A stretch of DNA of 32,000 bases. Origin: Blochmannia endosymbiont of Camponotus nipponensis. Lineage in GTDB: Bacteria; Pseudomonadota; Gammaproteobacteria; Enterobacterales; Enterobacteriaceae. The notes under the pieces are model-generated. The model did no database searches. It saw only the letters and a list, made by a program, of their open reading frames with translations, and was not told where the DNA came from. The stretch is taken from the NCBI RefSeq assembly GCF_009827135.1, contig NZ_CP046534.1:270001-302000 (forward strand), read 5' to 3'. The position numbers and the translations under genes were made by a program. This document shows positions 10,910 to 22,585 of this stretch, one piece after another (within the stretch, counting starts at the first letter, position 1; each line of letters begins with the position of its first letter).

Positions 10910-11707
10910 TTAACATTGCTTATTAGCTATATTAATACAATTACTTTTAATTGTACTCATTGATATCAATAATGCATCTAACTGACAAAATACCTCTGAA
11001 TCATCAAAAAAATCATTATAAAAAATAGATTCCAATGTTGTCATATTTATCATAGAAGAAGAAATATACTTTCCTATTGATAAACGACGCAACGCTACAA
11101 CATGCGCTCCACAACCCAAATATTCCCCAATATCATTTACCATACTACGAATATAAGTTCCTTTAGAACAATGAACATTTAATTCAATAGCATTTTCTGT
11201 TTTCTTAAGAATACTCAGATCATATATACGCACTGACCTAGGTTTTCTAGGAACATTTATTCCCTTCCTAGCGTATTTGTATAAAGGCAATCCACGATAT
11301 TTTAATGATGAAAACATAGGAGGAATCTGATTCATTACCCCCTTAAAATGTTCTAAACATTGTGCTAATTTTTTATCATTTAACTTAGTTGCGGATGATA
11401 CACGAACAATCGCCCCATCTGCATCAAAAGTATCAGTGCTTATTCCTAATTGAGCAACTACTTGATATCGTTTATCGGAATGTAAGAAATACTTTGCAAA
11501 TTTAGTCGCCTCCCCAAAACAAACAAGAAGCATTCCCGTTGCTAACGGATCTAAAGTACCAGCATGTCCTATTTTATTAGCGCTAAATAACTGTTTAATT
11601 TTGTTTAATACAAAACTAGAAGATATTCCTTTAGGCTTATCTAACAACAAAATACCGCTAATATCTCTACTTTCTTTATTCTTATATCGTTGCACTAAGG
11701 ATCCCAA
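10910..11707 (-). CDS. truB: tRNA pseudouridine-55 synthase, C-terminally short (no PUA domain)
   Basis: GILLLDKPKGISS and HAGTLDPLATGML (catalytic Asp) motifs. 265 aa versus 314 aa in E. coli. There is no ATG near the N-terminus. The start is either the TTG at 11707 (4 nt after the rbfA stop) or the GTG at 11695, which gives an E. coli-like N-terminal length. Confidence 0.9.
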   Translation of the reverse strand: MGSLVQRYKNKESRDISGILLLDKPKGISSSFVLNKIKQLFSANKIGHAGTLDPLATGMLLVCFGEATKFAKYFLHSDKRYQVVAQLGISTDTFDADGAIVRVSSATKLNDKKLAQCLEHFKGVMNQIPPMFSSLKYRGLPLYKYARKGINVPRKPRSVRIYDLSILKKTENAIELNVHCSKGTYIRSMVNDIGEYLGCGAHVVALRRLSIGKYISSSMINMTTLESIFYNDFFDDSEVFCQLDALLISMSTIKSNCINIANKQC

Positions 11708-11711
11708 CGCC

Positions 11712-12089
11712 TTAATTTATTTTTTCTATATCAACGGTTGATGTAGCGGTGATTAAACTACATATCTTTGTGCCTTTTATTAATGAAGAATCATGCTTAA
11801 ACAACAATATAGGCACTATACGTAAACACGTAGCATTAGCTAATAAAAAACGAATAAACCGTGAGGCACGCTGTAATACTGCAATGGCAGAATTTATTTC
11901 CTCCGGACTATCTTTATTAATAAAAGTCACGAAAACATTAGCATTTTTTAAATCTTTAGATACCTGAACACCCGAAATAGTGGGCATGCCTACACGAAGA
12001 TCATCGATCTTATGCTGTAAGATAAGAGAAATTTTTTTATGTATTTCCTGAGAAACACGCTGAGTACGATAACTATGTTGAAAATACAT
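11712..12089 (-). CDS. rbfA: ribosome-binding factor A
   Basis: From the ATG at 12089, [25 protein letters not shown]... aligns with E. coli RbfA [24 protein letters not shown]. The 11 extra codons in the track ORF begin at a GTG (12122) and have no homologous counterpart. Confidence 0.9.
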   Translation of the reverse strand: MYFQHSYRTQRVSQEIHKKISLILQHKIDDLRVGMPTISGVQVSKDLKNANVFVTFINKDSPEEINSAIAVLQRASRFIRFLLANATCLRIVPILLFKHDSSLIKGTKICSLITATSTVDIEKIN

Positions 12090-12183
12090 TTCTTTTACCT
12101 TTATGAAAAATATATATGACACATATAAATAATAAATACCCTAATCAAATAATATAATAATGCTAGATACCTAAATTAAAAAA

Positions 12184-14850
12184 TTATACATAAGAAATTC
12201 CTATAACATCAAATACTTCAATCATATCTCCAGAATGAATATCGTTATAATTTTTTATGCTAATACCACATTCTATTCCCCTGCGTACTTCATTAACATC
12301 ATCTTTGAAACGACGCAACGATTCTAATTCCCCTTCATACACGACTACATTATCTCGGATAACCCTAATTTTTCTATCACGCCTGATCATTCCCTCAACA
12401 ACTATACAACCAGCAATATTTCCATATTTTGGCAAACAAAATACATTTCGTACTTCTGCTAAACCAATAATTTCATGTTTATATTGTGGCGCTAACATAC
12501 CATGCATCGCTTGTTTTACTTCATTTATTAAGTCATAAATCACTGAATAATAACGCACATCTAATCTATCCAACTCAATTGTACGCCGCGCAGAAAGATC
12601 TGCTCTAACATTAAATCCTAAAATCACCGCATTAGAAGCTGCTGCTAATGCAACATCAGTTTCAGTAATACCACCAATAGACGAAGACAAAATTTTTATT
12701 GTTACACCATCAGTTGATAAATTTTCTAAAGATTGACGAATAGCTTCAGAGGAACCTTGTGTATCAGATTTCACAATTATATTTAATTCAGGAACCACGC
12801 TGCCACCAGTGCTCTTAATATTAGCAAAAATACTTTCTACATTAGGCTCTTTGTAACGCGCTAACTTTACCTCACGAAATTTTCCTTGACGATACATAGC
12901 TACCTCTCGAGCTTTTTTTTCATTGCGCACTACAATCACCATTTCTCCAGAAGCCGGAGTTCCTGATAAACCGAATAACTCTACCGGAATGGATGGACCA
13001 GCTGAATTAATCTCATGACCAAATTCATCACGCATAGCACGTACACGCCCATATTCTGTACCACATAAAATTATATCACCACATTTGAGCGTACCTTCAC
13101 GAACCAATACTGAAACTACAGGGCCACGTCCTTTATCTAAAAAAGACTCAATAACTACAGCACTTGCCATACCATTTCGTATGACTTTCAGTTCCAATAT
13201 TTCTGACTGTAATAAAATAGAATCTAATAAATTATCTATTCCTTCACCTGAAGTAGCAGAAACATTTACGAATTGTACATCACCACCCCATTCTTCTGGA
13301 ACAATACCATGATTATTAAGATCATTTTTTATTCGTTCAGGATTAGCTTCTGATTTATCAATTTTATTTACTGCCACCACTACAGGAACATTAGCAGACT
13401 TAACATGCTGTATTGCTTCAATAGTTTGAGGCATTACCCCATCATCAGCAGCTACTACTAACACTACAATATCCGTCAACTGTACTCCACGTGCACGCAT
13501 CGCAGTAAATGCCGCATGTCCTGGAGTATCAAGAAAAGTAATCATGCCATTATTAGTGTTTACATGGTATGCACCTATACTTTGAGTAATACCTCCTATC
13601 TCAGAAGACGCTATTTTAGTAGAACGAATACGATCAAGAAGAGAAGTTTTTCCATGATCTACATGACCCATAATAGTAACTATTGGTGCTCTGCTTTCAA
13701 CCATAGCCCCGCAACTCGTTGCATCAATATCTCGATCATGCATAATCAGTTCTTCTAGTTTGTTCTCATTACGTAAAATAGCATTATGCCCCATTTCTTC
13801 TACTACCAACTGAGCAGTTTCTTGATCGATAATTTGATTAACAGTTACTATTATACCTAATTGCATCATCACTTTAATAACATGCGTACTTTTTATTGAC
13901 ATCTTATTGGCTAATTCAACCACACTTATAGTTTTTCCAATAACAATATTCCGAGTAACTGTTTGAATAGGTTTATTAAAAACTTGCAATAATGCACTTT
14001 GTTTACGTTTGTTTTTACTTGTACGATTTGGAATACACAACTCTTCTTTACTAAAATCATCTGGTATAATCTCATAGAAACGATGGTTATTACTCCTTTT
14101 ATGCTGTTTAGCTAATTTCCCACCACTTCGATATCGTGTATGTACACGAGAGCGATGCCTTCTTTCGTTTTCTAATTTTTGATTATGGTTCTTTTCTATC
14201 GCAACGGTCCCACGATGTAATTTATCGTTATGACGGCCTTCCAAACTAGAAGAAATTATATTTGTGTTCAAATCAACACGCCAATGATTCTCAGATCTAT
14301 TTTTAAATAACTTCATTTCATCCGATGCTTTTGAATATTTTTCTTCACTTTTACGAGATACTTTGTTTGTTACTTTTTCTTTGAATCCCGCTGACTCAGA
14401 ACAACGATTATTTTTTTTAGAAATTTGCGTTAATAATAATGAACTTGCAGTATCATCTATTTTTTTATTCACTAATTTACTCTTTACAGTTACATCAGAC
14501 ACTGCTCGATTAACATTAGACACCATTTTATTTTTCACATCATTTAAATCTGTCTCTTGTAAAGTAGATTGTATATATGTAAGTTTCTTTCGTATCTCTA
14601 TTTGTACTTGTTTATTTTTACCACCGATACTAGATACACTCAAAACACTACGCGTTTTTCGTCGTAGTGTTAATTTATTAGATATACCACTTTTATTATA
14701 ATTCATATACTTAAAAAAAATTTCTTTTTCTATTTTAGTTACAATACCCGTTTCTTTTTTAACAATACCAAGATATGAAAACCACTGTATTAATTGATCC
14801 ACTGACATCTTCGTTTTTACAGCAAATAATTGCATGGTTATATCTGTCAT
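12184..14850 (-). CDS. infB: translation initiation factor IF-2
   Basis: 888 aa versus 890 aa in E. coli. MTDIT N-terminus, G-domain motifs [17 protein letters not shown] and NKID, and a conserved C-terminus ([19 protein letters not shown]). ATG start with an AAGGAA Shine-Dalgarno sequence. Confidence 0.97.
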   Translation of the reverse strand: MTDITMQLFAVKTKMSVDQLIQWFSYLGIVKKETGIVTKIEKEIFFKYMNYNKSGISNKLTLRRKTRSVLSVSSIGGKNKQVQIEIRKKLTYIQSTLQETDLNDVKNKMVSNVNRAVSDVTVKSKLVNKKIDDTASSLLLTQISKKNNRCSESAGFKEKVTNKVSRKSEEKYSKASDEMKLFKNRSENHWRVDLNTNIISSSLEGRHNDKLHRGTVAIEKNHNQKLENERRHRSRVHTRYRSGGKLAKQHKRSNNHRFYEIIPDDFSKEELCIPNRTSKNKRKQSALLQVFNKPIQTVTRNIVIGKTISVVELANKMSIKSTHVIKVMMQLGIIVTVNQIIDQETAQLVVEEMGHNAILRNENKLEELIMHDRDIDATSCGAMVESRAPIVTIMGHVDHGKTSLLDRIRSTKIASSEIGGITQSIGAYHVNTNNGMITFLDTPGHAAFTAMRARGVQLTDIVVLVVAADDGVMPQTIEAIQHVKSANVPVVVAVNKIDKSEANPERIKNDLNNHGIVPEEWGGDVQFVNVSATSGEGIDNLLDSILLQSEILELKVIRNGMASAVVIESFLDKGRGPVVSVLVREGTLKCGDIILCGTEYGRVRAMRDEFGHEINSAGPSIPVELFGLSGTPASGEMVIVVRNEKKAREVAMYRQGKFREVKLARYKEPNVESIFANIKSTGGSVVPELNIIVKSDTQGSSEAIRQSLENLSTDGVTIKILSSSIGGITETDVALAAASNAVILGFNVRADLSARRTIELDRLDVRYYSVIYDLINEVKQAMHGMLAPQYKHEIIGLAEVRNVFCLPKYGNIAGCIVVEGMIRRDRKIRVIRDNVVVYEGELESLRRFKDDVNEVRRGIECGISIKNYNDIHSGDMIEVFDVIGISYV

Positions 14851-14879
14851 GGCTTTCCTTAATTATTATTACAATAATA

Positions 14880-16394
14880 TCAACGTTTGTTATCATTATT
14901 AAACCAACAAATATTACGAGCTTCCATAATTAATTCTCCAGTTTTTTCTTTAGTTAATCCTTCGATGTCAGAAAGACCTGAAATATCTTGTTCCGCTAAA
15001 TCTTCCAAAGTAGAAATACCACGTGCAACTAACTTTAATGCTAATTCATATTCCATATTAGATAATCTCAATAATCCTGTTACAGGATTAATAACGGCAG
15101 CAGTATGATTATACTCAATATCTTCTTTATTATGAGTCACAGAAAAATTTCTTAAAGCACCTTTCGCGCGAGCCCTAATAATTTCCACTGTTTTTTTATC
15201 TAATTCTTTTATCGACAACAGTTCTGTTATAGGTACATAAGCCAATTCTTCAAGCGAGGAAAATCCTGAATCAATCAATATCTTAGCAAATTGCTCACTA
15301 ATATTTAAAGTATGAACAAAAACATTGGTCACAGTACATATTTCAACTTGACGTTTCTTTTCTAACTCATCTACAGTCATAATATTCAATTCCCAACCAC
15401 TTAATTGCGAGACTAAACGAATATTTTGACCATTTCGTCCAATAGCCTGAGCTAAATTAGATTCCTCTACTGAAATATCCATAGTATGCTTATCTTCATC
15501 TATCACAATGGATGCAACATCAGCGGGAGACATAGCATTAATAACAAATTGTACAGGATTATCATCCCATAACACAACATCCACACGTTCCCCTCCCAAT
15601 TCACTAGAAACAGCCTGAACACGCGCCCCTCGCATTCCCACACACGCTCCTACTGGATCAATACGTTTATCATTTGTTTTAACAGCAATTTTTGCTCGTG
15701 AACCGGGATCTCGAGCGGCAGCTTTAATAGTGATTAATTCTTCCCCAATTTCAGGTACTTCGATACGAAACAATTCAATTAACATTTCAATCCTAGCACG
15801 ACTGATCAGTAATTGAGGACCTTTAAAATCTGGGCGCACCGTGCACAGTATACCACGTACTCTATCTCCCAATCTAAAATTTTCACGCGGCAACATTTCG
15901 TCCCTATTAATAATTCCTTCGGCATTGTTTCCTAAGTCTATGTTAATACTATCTCTATTAATTTTCTTTACTATACCTGTAACAATTTCACCTTGACGCC
16001 CTAAAAACTGTTCTATAATAATCGCACGTTCAGCTTCACGTATCTTTTGAACAATAACTTGTTTTGCAGTTTGAGTCGTAATACGATCAAAACTAACAGA
16101 TTCGATAACATCTTCAACATAATCACAAATTTTAACTTCTGGATTTTCAAACCGAGCAGCATCCAATGTAATCTCTTTAGTAGGTTGAGTCACTTGCTCC
16201 ACTACAACCCACCTTCGAAAGGTTTTAATTTGACCTGATTTACGATCAATTACAACACGTACTTCAATATCTTGTTCATATTTCTTTTTCGTAGCAGCAG
16301 ACAATGCAGTTTCTAATGCATCAAAAACCTTTTCTTGAGGTACAGCTTTCTCGTTAGAAACCGCCTCTATAACAGCCAGAATCTCTTTGTTCAT
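14880..16394 (-). CDS. nusA: transcription termination/antitermination factor NusA
   Basis: 504 aa. [28 protein letters not shown] is nearly identical to E. coli NusA. S1 and KH1/KH2 domains and both C-terminal acidic-repeat regions are present (ends ARNICWF...). Confidence 0.97.
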   Translation of the reverse strand: MNKEILAVIEAVSNEKAVPQEKVFDALETALSAATKKKYEQDIEVRVVIDRKSGQIKTFRRWVVVEQVTQPTKEITLDAARFENPEVKICDYVEDVIESVSFDRITTQTAKQVIVQKIREAERAIIIEQFLGRQGEIVTGIVKKINRDSINIDLGNNAEGIINRDEMLPRENFRLGDRVRGILCTVRPDFKGPQLLISRARIEMLIELFRIEVPEIGEELITIKAAARDPGSRAKIAVKTNDKRIDPVGACVGMRGARVQAVSSELGGERVDVVLWDDNPVQFVINAMSPADVASIVIDEDKHTMDISVEESNLAQAIGRNGQNIRLVSQLSGWELNIMTVDELEKKRQVEICTVTNVFVHTLNISEQFAKILIDSGFSSLEELAYVPITELLSIKELDKKTVEIIRARAKGALRNFSVTHNKEDIEYNHTAAVINPVTGLLRLSNMEYELALKLVARGISTLEDLAEQDISGLSDIEGLTKEKTGELIMEARNICWFNNDNKR

Positions 16395-16903
16395 CCCAGT
16401 TGTCTCAAAATAAGATATTTCTTCTTAACAGCTACATAAACAACTATTAATATTCCATTAAATTTTTAAAAAATGACACTTCCTCATTTATTCACATCTG
16501 AATTACAATATTACAACACCCAACAATGCAATTATAAAAAACTATAATAAAGCACCGATATACCCCCAAGTTTATTATCCCTTTTACATCAAATAATATT
16601 GAAACACAAAAAAATTCCTCTTAATATTACCAAAATTAAAAAATCTTAAGCAATTGTTATACACGATAATTATCTAAATTATCTATTTTTTTTTAGATAC
16701 ACTATCAATATTAAAACTAATCTATCAATATTGCCAAATACCAACATTTACCATAACTAATGTTCATAAATTATACCACTTACTGTATAACATCAACATA
16801 CTTTCTTTTATTCACATATTACAACAATATAGGACTCAATAAATACAAAACGTCTACTATTGTCGCTTCAGGGCATAAACAAAAACCTAATTATTTAACA
16901 CGG

Positions 16904-16977
<74 letters not shown>

Positions 16978-16998
16978 GTTGTATTGAAATAAAAAATG

Positions 16999-17028
16999 AT
17001 TGTACACTATTTAACTCTAAAAAAGCAA
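16999..17028 (-). promoter_or_regulatory. candidate sigma-70 promoter for tRNA-fMet (and possibly the nusA-infB operon)
   Basis: The minus strand has TTGCTT (17028-17023), 18 nt, then TACAAT (17004-16999), ending 21 nt upstream of the tRNA 5' end. AT-rich genomes give many false promoter-like hits. Confidence 0.25.
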
Positions 17029-17049
17029 ACTATTTATGTAATAAAACAA

Positions 17050-17135
17050 TACCGAGGACGGGACTTGAACCCGTAATCTCAAATAAGAGAACTACCCCCT
17101 CAAAGTAGCGTGTCTACCCGTTCCACCACCTCGGT
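17050..17135 (-). tRNA. leuU: tRNA-Leu (anticodon GAG), class II with long variable arm
   Basis: The minus strand reads ACCGAGGTGGTGGAACGGGTAGACACGCTACTTTGAGGGGGTAGTTCTCTTATTTGAGATTACGGGTTCAAGTCCCGTCCTCGGTA, close to E. coli leuU. The anticodon loop is TTGAGGG. It lies directly downstream of secG as in E. coli. The 3' flank is TTG, so there is no encoded CCA. Confidence 0.93.
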
Positions 17136-17177
17136 CATTGATGATCACCAATGAATGATATGTATCAGAACATAATC

Positions 17178-17462
17178 TTATTTATTTTTAAATTGATTAT
17201 TTTGCATACTGGTTTGCATGTGTTTTTGATTTTGTTTACTATTAATATTTCCTAATAACAAACTAAATAAAAAAAATAATATGGCTAAAATTACTATTAA
17301 ACATGTTACACCATCATTCAAACCTCTTGAATTTAACATATCTCCTAAAGAATAACTGCTAAACATTCCTCCTGAATCATTGTCCTTATTTTGCTGTAAC
17401 ATAATCAACGTAATTAACGCTACTGCTATAATTAAAAATATAACCAAAAAAAATTGATACAT
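17178..17462 (-). CDS. secG: preprotein translocase subunit SecG
   Basis: 94 aa. MYQFFLVIFLIIAVALITLIMLQQNK and FFLFSLLLGNINS match E. coli SecG MYEALLVVFLIVAIGLVGLIMLQQGK and FFIISLVLGNINS. Confidence 0.93.
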   Translation of the reverse strand: MYQFFLVIFLIIAVALITLIMLQQNKDNDSGGMFSSYSLGDMLNSRGLNDGVTCLIVILAILFFLFSLLLGNINSKQNQKHMQTSMQNNQFKNK

Positions 17463-17616
17463 TGCATTATATCTTCCTTATATAAATATATACTATTACC
17501 GTTAAAAATATCTACATTCACTAAAATTGAACTGAAATTCTTTTCATATAATATTAATTATATAACTAACTGGTATCATAATTGAATAATACATACTAAA
17601 TATTCACACTCAATTA

Positions 17617-18975
17617 CTATTGTACCGATTTGATTTCCGCCCTTATCACAGAAGCAATCCTATTCGCTAAATATAATATTTTATTATAACATTTGCCTTC
17701 TACCATAATACGAATATATGGCTCAGTACCAGACCGACGTAACAACACACGTCCTTGTTCAGATAACTCTTGTTCCACTGCTTTAATTTCTTTTATCACC
17801 AAATCAGATACTAAAGGATTATGAACACCGGAACAATATACATTCACTAAAATTTGAGGCAATAAACACATATCGTTACATAATTCATACAAACTTACAC
17901 AATTGTTTACCATAGCTGATAATATTTGAAGGGCAACAATAATACCATCCCCCGTAGTAGTTTTATCTAAAAGAACAATATGACCAGAATTCTCACCACC
18001 AATATACCAACCTTTTTTTTTTAACATCGCAAGCACACAACGATCACCGATATTAGCACGGGTAAAAGGAATATTTAACTGTTTTAATGCTGACACCAGT
18101 CCCATATTACTCATGAGAGTTCCTACGATACCCCCCGTTAATTGTCGACAATACAATTTTTCTCGAGCAATAATATACAACATTTGATCACCATCTACTT
18201 TATTTCCAAAATGATCCACCATAATTACTCTGTCGCCATCTCCATCATAAGCAATACCTAAATCTGCTTTTTTTTCTAACACCTGAGCACGTAACTGCCG
18301 AATATCTGTCGCACCGCATTCTTTATTAATATTTACTCCGTTGGGGCAACACGAAATCGTAGTTACATCAGCCCCTAACTCACGAAATACACTCGGAGCA
18401 ACATGATAAGTAGCTCCATTAGCACAATCTACAATTATTTTTAATTTCATTAAACTAAGATGAGAAGGAAAAGTCCCTTTACAAAATTCTATATAACGAC
18501 CAGCAGCATCACCAATACGACTAGCTTTTCCTAATTCCTTTGGCTCAACACATGTCAAACATTTATCTAATTCTATTTCTATAGAATGTTCTACTTCACT
18601 ATCTAATTTAGTACCTTTAATAGAAAAAAACTTAATACCATTATCATAAAAAGGATTATGCGAAGCAGAAATTACAATACCAGCTTCAGCTCTAAAAGCA
18701 CGAGTTAAATATGCAATAGCTGGAGTAGGCATGGGACCAGTTAATGCCGCAGATAAACCAGCAGCAGCTAATCCTGACTCCAATGCTGATTCTAACATAT
18801 ATCCAGAAATACGAGTATCTTTGCCAATAATAATATGATCAGATCTCCCGCTACTAAAACGACTTAATACCTTTCCAGCGGCCCAACCAAGTTTTAAAAT
18901 AAAATCTGGAGTAATTGGAATTCTCCCAACTCTACCTCTAATACCATCAGTACCAAAGTATTTGTGGCGATTCAT
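17617..18975 (-). CDS. glmM: phosphoglucosamine mutase
   Basis: 452 aa. [13 protein letters not shown], the active-site motif [16 protein letters not shown] and [10 protein letters not shown] are collinear with E. coli GlmM (445 aa). Confidence 0.97.
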   Translation of the reverse strand: MNRHKYFGTDGIRGRVGRIPITPDFILKLGWAAGKVLSRFSSGRSDHIIIGKDTRISGYMLESALESGLAAAGLSAALTGPMPTPAIAYLTRAFRAEAGIVISASHNPFYDNGIKFFSIKGTKLDSEVEHSIEIELDKCLTCVEPKELGKASRIGDAAGRYIEFCKGTFPSHLSLMKLKIIVDCANGATYHVAPSVFRELGADVTTISCCPNGVNINKECGATDIRQLRAQVLEKKADLGIAYDGDGDRVIMVDHFGNKVDGDQMLYIIAREKLYCRQLTGGIVGTLMSNMGLVSALKQLNIPFTRANIGDRCVLAMLKKKGWYIGGENSGHIVLLDKTTTGDGIIVALQILSAMVNNCVSLYELCNDMCLLPQILVNVYCSGVHNPLVSDLVIKEIKAVEQELSEQGRVLLRRSGTEPYIRIMVEGKCYNKILYLANRIASVIRAEIKSVQ

Positions 18976-18976
18976 A

Positions 18977-19828
18977 TTAGTCCTTTTCCTTATTTTTTTG
19001 CTGTTTCAACATAGTTTGAACAACATTTAATGCTTCTGCTGTTTCCTTGACATCATGCACACGAATAATTTGCACACCTTGCATAGCTGCAATCACTGCG
19101 CAAGCAATACTACCTATCAATCTCTGTTGAGGATTATCATGATTACAACTAATATTAAGCATAGATTTACGTGATATACCTACTAATAAAGGTACACCAA
19201 AATGATGAAAATATTTCAAATTAGCCAATAATTGATAATTATGTGTTAAATTTTTCCCAAAACCAAAACCAGGATCAAGTAATAATCTATCTTTGCTAAT
19301 ACCCGCTGATTCAAAACGCACAATTTGTTGCTTAAAATACTCATTTACCTCAATTATAATATTAGAGTATGTAGGAAAATTTTGCATAGTTTTAGGTTGG
19401 CCTTGCATATGCATTAAACACACTGGTAATCGACAATATAATGCGGCTTGCATAGCCCCTTCATTGGTAAGAGAACGTACATCATTGATCAAATGAGCAC
19501 CAATAACTGCACTTTCACGTATTATTAATGCTGATGACGTATTTATTGAAATAAAAATATCGAAACGTTGTGCTATAGCGCGTACTACAGGTATAACACG
19601 TTCTGCTTCTTCTTCATCAGTAATAATATCAGCTCCAGGTCGTGTTGATTCTCCTCCAACATCAATGAAAGTAGCACCATAAGTAATCATAGCAAATGCA
19701 TGATCAATTGCTTTAGAAAGAGTACAATATCTCCCTCCATCAAAAAAAGAATCAGGAGAAACGTTCAAAATACCCATAATTTGAACTTCGGAAAGATCTA
19801 AAGTACGTTTATTTGTAACTAACAACAT
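18977..19828 (-). CDS. folP: dihydropteroate synthase
   Basis: 283 aa. [36 protein letters not shown] and IIRVHDV are collinear with E. coli FolP. Its stop lies 1 nt before the glmM start. Confidence 0.96.
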   Translation of the reverse strand: MLLVTNKRTLDLSEVQIMGILNVSPDSFFDGGRYCTLSKAIDHAFAMITYGATFIDVGGESTRPGADIITDEEEAERVIPVVRAIAQRFDIFISINTSSALIIRESAVIGAHLINDVRSLTNEGAMQAALYCRLPVCLMHMQGQPKTMQNFPTYSNIIIEVNEYFKQQIVRFESAGISKDRLLLDPGFGFGKNLTHNYQLLANLKYFHHFGVPLLVGISRKSMLNISCNHDNPQQRLIGSIACAVIAAMQGVQIIRVHDVKETAEALNVVQTMLKQQKNKEKD

Positions 19829-19959
19829 AACAATATCAAAAAATCTCCAAGTACTATTTAAAATTCATTTATATCATTTAGTTTATATAAGAATACAAAA
19901 TATTATTTAATATTTACAACAATATTAATTTTCTATTTCCGTATTAAAATCATTATATA

Positions 19960-21888
19960 TTATTGTGATGCAGCGTCAGGATTATCATTATAAGATTCTC
20001 TATCTACTGATTTAGGCTCCTTTTCAGAAGACACACAAACATCCTCCTTATTATCATCAGCATCAGATGTATTGTTTGCCCACCCATCTGGAGGCTGCAC
20101 TGATTTTCTATTCATTAAATCATTTATCTGGGACGCATTGATTGTTTCGTATTTTATTAATGCATCTTTCATAGCATGAAGAATATCGACATTTTCTATT
20201 AAAAGCTTATGAGCACGAATATAATTTCTTTCAATTAAAAATTTAATTTCCTGATCGATAATACGAGCAGTGTCATCAGACATATGTTTTGCTTTCGCTA
20301 CTGAACGTCCAAGAAAAATTTCTCCTTCTTCTTCCGCATACAATAACGGCCCAAGTTTTTCTGAAAATCCCCATTGCGTTACCATATTTCGAGCAATGGA
20401 AGTAGCTACTTTAATATCATTAGATGCGCCGGTTGATACTTTATTCGCTCCATAAATTATTTCTTCAGCCAGCCTACCTCCATATAATGTAGAAATTTGG
20501 CTTTCTAATTTTTGACGACTCGTACTAATTGCATCACCTTCTGGCAAAAAAAATGTTACACCTAAAGCACGTCCTCTAGGGATTATAGTTACTTTATGTA
20601 CTGGATCATGCTCCGGTACTAATCTACCAATAATAGCATGCCCCGCTTCATGATAAGCTGTAGATTCTTTTTGAGCATCCGTCATCACCATAGAACGACG
20701 TTCTGCACCCATTACAATCTTATCTTTAGCTTTTTCAAATTCTAGCATAGACACCATGTTTTTACTATCGCGGGCGGCGAACAATGCTGCCTCATTTATA
20801 AGATTGGCTAAATCCGCTCCTGAAAATCCCGGTGTACCTCGCGCAATCACTAATATATCTACATCTGATGACAGCGGAACACGACTAATATGTACTTGTA
20901 AAATTTGTTCTCGTCCCCTAATATCTGGTAATCCTACAACTACTTGACGATCAAATCTTCCTGGTCTCAATAAAGCTGGGTCTAACACATCTGGGCGATT
21001 AGTGGCAGCTATAACAATAATACCTTCATTTCCTTCAAATCCATCCATCTCTACCAACATCTGATTCAAAGTTTGTTCACGTTCATCATGCCCTCCTCCT
21101 AAACCTGCTCCCCTTTGGCGACCAACTGCATCAATTTCATCGATAAAAATAATACATGGTGCTGCTTTCTTAGCTTGTTCAAACATATCCCTCACACGAG
21201 ATGCTCCAACTCCAACAAACATTTCTACAAAATCAGAACCTGAAATAGTAAAAAATGGAACTTTTGCTTCTCCAGCAATTGCTTTTGCTAATAGTGTTTT
21301 ACCAGTACCAGGAGGCCCTACCATTAATACTCCTTTTGGAATTTTCCCTCCTAATTTCTGAAATCTACTAGGTTCACGCAAATAATCTACTAATTCTTTT
21401 ACTTCTTCTTTTGCTTCATCACATCCTGCCACATCTGCAAAAGTGGTTTTTATTTGATCTTCAGTAAGCATACGTGCTTTACTTTTACCAAAAGACATCG
21501 CTCCTTTACCACCTCCTTGCATTTGACGCATAAAGAACACCCACACTCCAATCAATAATAACATTGGAAACCAAGAAATAAAAATAGATGTAATTAAACT
21601 AGGCTCTTCTGGAGGCTCCCCAACTACTTTAACTTTTTTAGTTAAAAGAATATCAAGCAACTTCGGATCATTTACTGGAATATAAGTAATATAACGATTA
21701 CTATCTTTCTTGATAACTACAATCTCACGACCATTAATACGAGCTTCTTTAACTTGATCTTGGTTTAAATCATACATAAAAGTAGAATAGTCCAATTTGC
21801 GACTACCTGAGTCACTAGGTCCAAAACTTTGAAATAAAGACATCAAAACTACTGCAATAACTAACCAAAGACCCAAATTTTTTGCCAT
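19960..21888 (-). CDS. ftsH: ATP-dependent zinc metalloprotease FtsH
   Basis: From the ATG at 21888 ([17 protein letters not shown]...), matching the accepted E. coli start. The track ORF adds MSD from an upstream TTG at 21897. Walker A GPPGTGKT, the second region of homology, and the HEAGH zinc motif are present, and identity to E. coli FtsH is very high. Confidence 0.97.
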   Translation of the reverse strand: MAKNLGLWLVIAVVLMSLFQSFGPSDSGSRKLDYSTFMYDLNQDQVKEARINGREIVVIKKDSNRYITYIPVNDPKLLDILLTKKVKVVGEPPEEPSLITSIFISWFPMLLLIGVWVFFMRQMQGGGKGAMSFGKSKARMLTEDQIKTTFADVAGCDEAKEEVKELVDYLREPSRFQKLGGKIPKGVLMVGPPGTGKTLLAKAIAGEAKVPFFTISGSDFVEMFVGVGASRVRDMFEQAKKAAPCIIFIDEIDAVGRQRGAGLGGGHDEREQTLNQMLVEMDGFEGNEGIIVIAATNRPDVLDPALLRPGRFDRQVVVGLPDIRGREQILQVHISRVPLSSDVDILVIARGTPGFSGADLANLINEAALFAARDSKNMVSMLEFEKAKDKIVMGAERRSMVMTDAQKESTAYHEAGHAIIGRLVPEHDPVHKVTIIPRGRALGVTFFLPEGDAISTSRQKLESQISTLYGGRLAEEIIYGANKVSTGASNDIKVATSIARNMVTQWGFSEKLGPLLYAEEEGEIFLGRSVAKAKHMSDDTARIIDQEIKFLIERNYIRAHKLLIENVDILHAMKDALIKYETINASQINDLMNRKSVQPPDGWANNTSDADDNKEDVCVSSEKEPKSVDRESYNDNPDAASQ

Positions 21889-21958
21889 ATCACTCAAAAG
21901 ATTAACCTCGCATTACAACAAAATTTGAAAACTTTAAAACATCTGCATTTAATTATGT

Positions 21959-22585
21959 TTACTTACGTTCTTTCGCTACAATATAAACCTCGCTAGACTG
22001 AGCCCTAGAAGCATCTGGTTTACGGATCTTTACTATGTTAAATAAAGAATGCACATCACACAAGTATTTATCCAAACCTTTACCTTGAAAAACTTTCACT
22101 AAAAAAGCCCCGCCACACATCAATATATTACGACATATATCTAATGCCACATTTCCAAGATGCATAGACTGACTAACATCAATTATCGATATACCAGTTA
22201 CATTAGGAGCCATATCAGATAACACAATATGAACCTTTCTCTGATCTATCCACATACACAATTCTTTAAAAAAATTAGGATCAGAGCAATCTCCTCTTAA
22301 AAAATCAACTCCATCTATACTACGCATAGATAACATATCACACGCTATAATACGTCCTGTAATTCCTATTTTATTTTTTACATACAATGCCCAACCACCA
22401 GGCGCTGATCCTAAATCTACTACTGTCATACCAGTGGAAAATAACGATTCCACTTGGTCTATTGCCTCAAGTTTAAACCAAGACCGTGACCTCAATTTCT
22501 GCCTTCGTGCTTCTTTTGTATACTGATCTTTGAAATGCTTTTGTAACCATACTGAAGAACGTATAGAACATTTCCTATTCACCAT
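21959..22585 (-). CDS. rlmE: 23S rRNA U2552 2'-O-methyltransferase RlmE (FtsJ)
   Basis: 208 aa. LRSRSWFKLEAID, the SAM motif GMTVVDLGSAPGGW, and SDMAPN and VKVFQG are collinear with E. coli RlmE (209 aa). Confidence 0.95.
   Translation of the reverse strand: MVNRKCSIRSSVWLQKHFKDQYTKEARRQKLRSRSWFKLEAIDQVESLFSTGMTVVDLGSAPGGWALYVKNKIGITGRIIACDMLSMRSIDGVDFLRGDCSDPNFFKELCMWIDQRKVHIVLSDMAPNVTGISIIDVSQSMHLGNVALDICRNILMCGGAFLVKVFQGKGLDKYLCDVHSLFNIVKIRKPDASRAQSSEVYIVAKERK

Noticed and set aside
6243-15108. Plus-strand ORFs of 60-112 aa from the track: 6243-6425, 8319-8510, 8559-8837, 11749-11967, 12257-12538, 13085-13312, 13516-13758, 14363-14701 and 14887-15108.
   Set aside because: Each lies entirely antisense within a strongly supported minus-strand gene (deaD, pnp, rbfA, infB or nusA). 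Their sequences are low-complexity with no recognisable motifs. Such shadow ORFs are expected opposite long genes.
16668-16732. Short tandem or direct repeats (AATTATCTA x2 and CTATCAATATT x2 with a 20-bp period), considered as a mini CRISPR-like or iteron array.
   Set aside because: There are only two copies of each, no repeat-spacer periodicity, no cas genes, and the sequence is low-complexity decaying spacer. This is most simply slippage or chance.
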